Shown piece after piece: positions 22,993 to 24,000 of a stretch of DNA of 24,000 nucleotides; position 1 is the stretch's first letter, and the number at the start of each line of letters is the position of its first letter. The position numbers and the translations under genes are program-made. The stretch lies in contig JBOGCH010000020.1 in NCBI GenBank assembly GCA_051656645.1, forward strand, positions 32,501 through 56,500. Reading direction: 5' to 3'. This DNA is from Marinifilaceae bacterium (GTDB lineage: Bacteria; Bacteroidota; Bacteroidia; Bacteroidales; Marinifilaceae). Below the pieces are notes generated by a model. The model made no database searches and was not told the origin of the DNA. It was given only the letters and a program-made list of their open reading frames with translations.

Positions 22993-23793
22993 ATGATGAG
23001 AGTACGTGTATTGTTAGTGTTATTGTTTATTGTGAGTGGAGGCTATAGTTGGGCACAAAAAGTGGTGTCGTTAGCGCCTAATATAACACATATGCTTATA
23101 GAGCTTGGTGAGGAAGAAAATATAGTAGGGTGTACAAAATATTGTATTACGCAACGTGATATTCCACGAGTGGCTGATGCACTCAATGCCAATGTAGAGC
23201 GCATTGCTGCATTAAAACCCGATTATGTGTTGGCCGGTGGGTTAACGCATCCGCGAATAGTGGCTTCGATTGAGAAAATGGGCATAAAATGTGTGCATAT
23301 GAAGCAACCGGACAGCTTTGACGAGATGTGTGAACAGATGCTGCAAATTGGTAATTATTTGGGGTGTGAGGCTAAGGCGAACGCTTTAAATAAAGAATGT
23401 AACGAGAGGTTAAGTAAACTGTCTTTTACAAAAGGTATGGACAAGAAGAAACGAATGTTTTTACAGTTAAATACCAATCCATTGTATACCATTTTGGGCG
23501 ATAGCTTTCTAGACGATTTTATTAATAAACTGGGTGGTGAGAGTGTGTCACGTAATTTGAAAAGTGGGCAAATATCGGTAGAGTTTGTGTTGAATGCCAA
23601 TCCGGACGTTATCATTGTAACTACCATGGGTGGTTTAGGGCAGAGTGAGGTGGACCGTTGGAAAAAATATGGGATGCTTAAAGCTGTGAAGGCAAAAAAA
23701 GTGTTCCTGGTTGACGAATATGCATTGTGTAGTCCTACACCGCTAACTTTTATTAAAACATTAGAGCATTTATATCAGTTTATTTATGAATAA
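22993..23793 (+). CDS. ABC transporter periplasmic substrate-binding protein (Peripla_BP_2; BtuF/FecB/HmuT-like, cobalamin/heme/siderophore class)
   Basis: 266 aa. Signal peptide MMRVRVLLVLLFIVSGGYSWAQ. Family-typical N-lobe VVSLAPNITHMLIELGEEENIVGCT and ALKPDYVLA, and C-lobe NPDVIIVTT. Followed by a FecCD permease gene. Confidence 0.85.
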   Translation: MMRVRVLLVLLFIVSGGYSWAQKVVSLAPNITHMLIELGEEENIVGCTKYCITQRDIPRVADALNANVERIAALKPDYVLAGGLTHPRIVASIEKMGIKCVHMKQPDSFDEMCEQMLQIGNYLGCEAKANALNKECNERLSKLSFTKGMDKKKRMFLQLNTNPLYTILGDSFLDDFINKLGGESVSRNLKSGQISVEFVLNANPDVIIVTTMGGLGQSEVDRWKKYGMLKAVKAKKVFLVDEYALCSPTPLTFIKTLEHLYQFIYE

Positions 23794-24000
23794 CAAGCAA
23801 TATCTTTCTTGGCTGACTATTTTGATAGCCTTACTCTTTATGACTTTTGTTGCCGTTTTATTGAGCTTAAAGATAGGGGAGGTGAGCTACACGTGGGTTG
23901 AGTTATGGGAAGCGCTGGTTGGAGGAAATGAAGAACTTGACTTTAAGCGAGAAATACTTTTGAAATTGCGTTTACCACGTGTGTTACTCGGGTTTACTGT
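23786..24000 (+). CDS. FecCD/BtuC-family ABC transporter permease, 5' part only (truncated by the window end)
   Basis: My own translation from the ATG at 23786: MNNKQYLSWLTILIALLFMTFVAVLLSLKIGEVSYTWVELWEAL...LKLRLPRVLLGFT. It has a TM helix and then the conserved RLPRxL motif of the FecCD family. Its start overlaps the upstream stop (tATGAATAA), which suggests translational coupling. Confidence 0.8.
   Translation, partial: MNNKQYLSWLTILIALLFMTFVAVLLSLKIGEVSYTWVELWEALVGGNEELDFKREILLKLRLPRVLLGFT

Noticed and set aside
17273-23627. Antisense or embedded ORFs at 17273-17506, 17376-17717, 18510-18707, 20612-20794, 21454-21639 and 23355-23627.
   Set aside because: All are embedded in the acetyltransferase, flavodoxin, AraC-family and substrate-binding protein genes. 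Most are antisense; 21454-21639 is same-strand in another frame. None has a recognisable motif.

Overview
The window looks like a chromosomal segment of a low-GC Bacteroidota (Bacteroidales-like) genome. Supporting signs are a hybrid two-component system (HTCS) with an AraC output, an RprX/RprY-like pair, a ribosomal protein S16 with a long Ala/Glu tail, TAnnTTTG-type promoter boxes and no obvious Shine-Dalgarno sites. The left third (1-6900) is housekeeping: ruvB, an OmpR-type two-component pair, rpiB plus a YhcH-family gene, a histidine phosphatase, and rpsP-rimM. The rest is accessory. It holds an HTCS (7250-11128, minus strand) divergently paired with a 1095-aa secreted fusion protein (11339-14626). 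That protein combines a beta-propeller-like region, two CXXCH heme-attachment motifs and a C-terminal FGE/SUMF1-like domain that lacks the catalytic Cys pair. Next come a convergent GH36 alpha-galactosidase, a Maa/LacA-type acetyltransferase and an atypical long-chain flavodoxin. These are followed by two tandem paralogous membrane-anchored AraC regulators (lipoprotein signal, about 480-aa helical ectodomain, TM helix, HTH), divergent from a BtuF/FecB-type ABC importer that is truncated at the window end. I found no rRNA, tRNA, CRISPR array, transposase, integrase or recognisable defence system. The best candidates for something undescribed are the HTCS plus heme/FGE-like fusion protein locus, which has no SusC/SusD, the tandem bitopic AraC regulators, and two GC-rich, CTAG-rich intergenic elements (about 7040-7220 and 17968-18150). 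These elements are built from short units repeated directly and then in inverted orientation at helical-turn spacing, and their right flanks appear related. All family assignments come from motif reading by eye. No database search was run.
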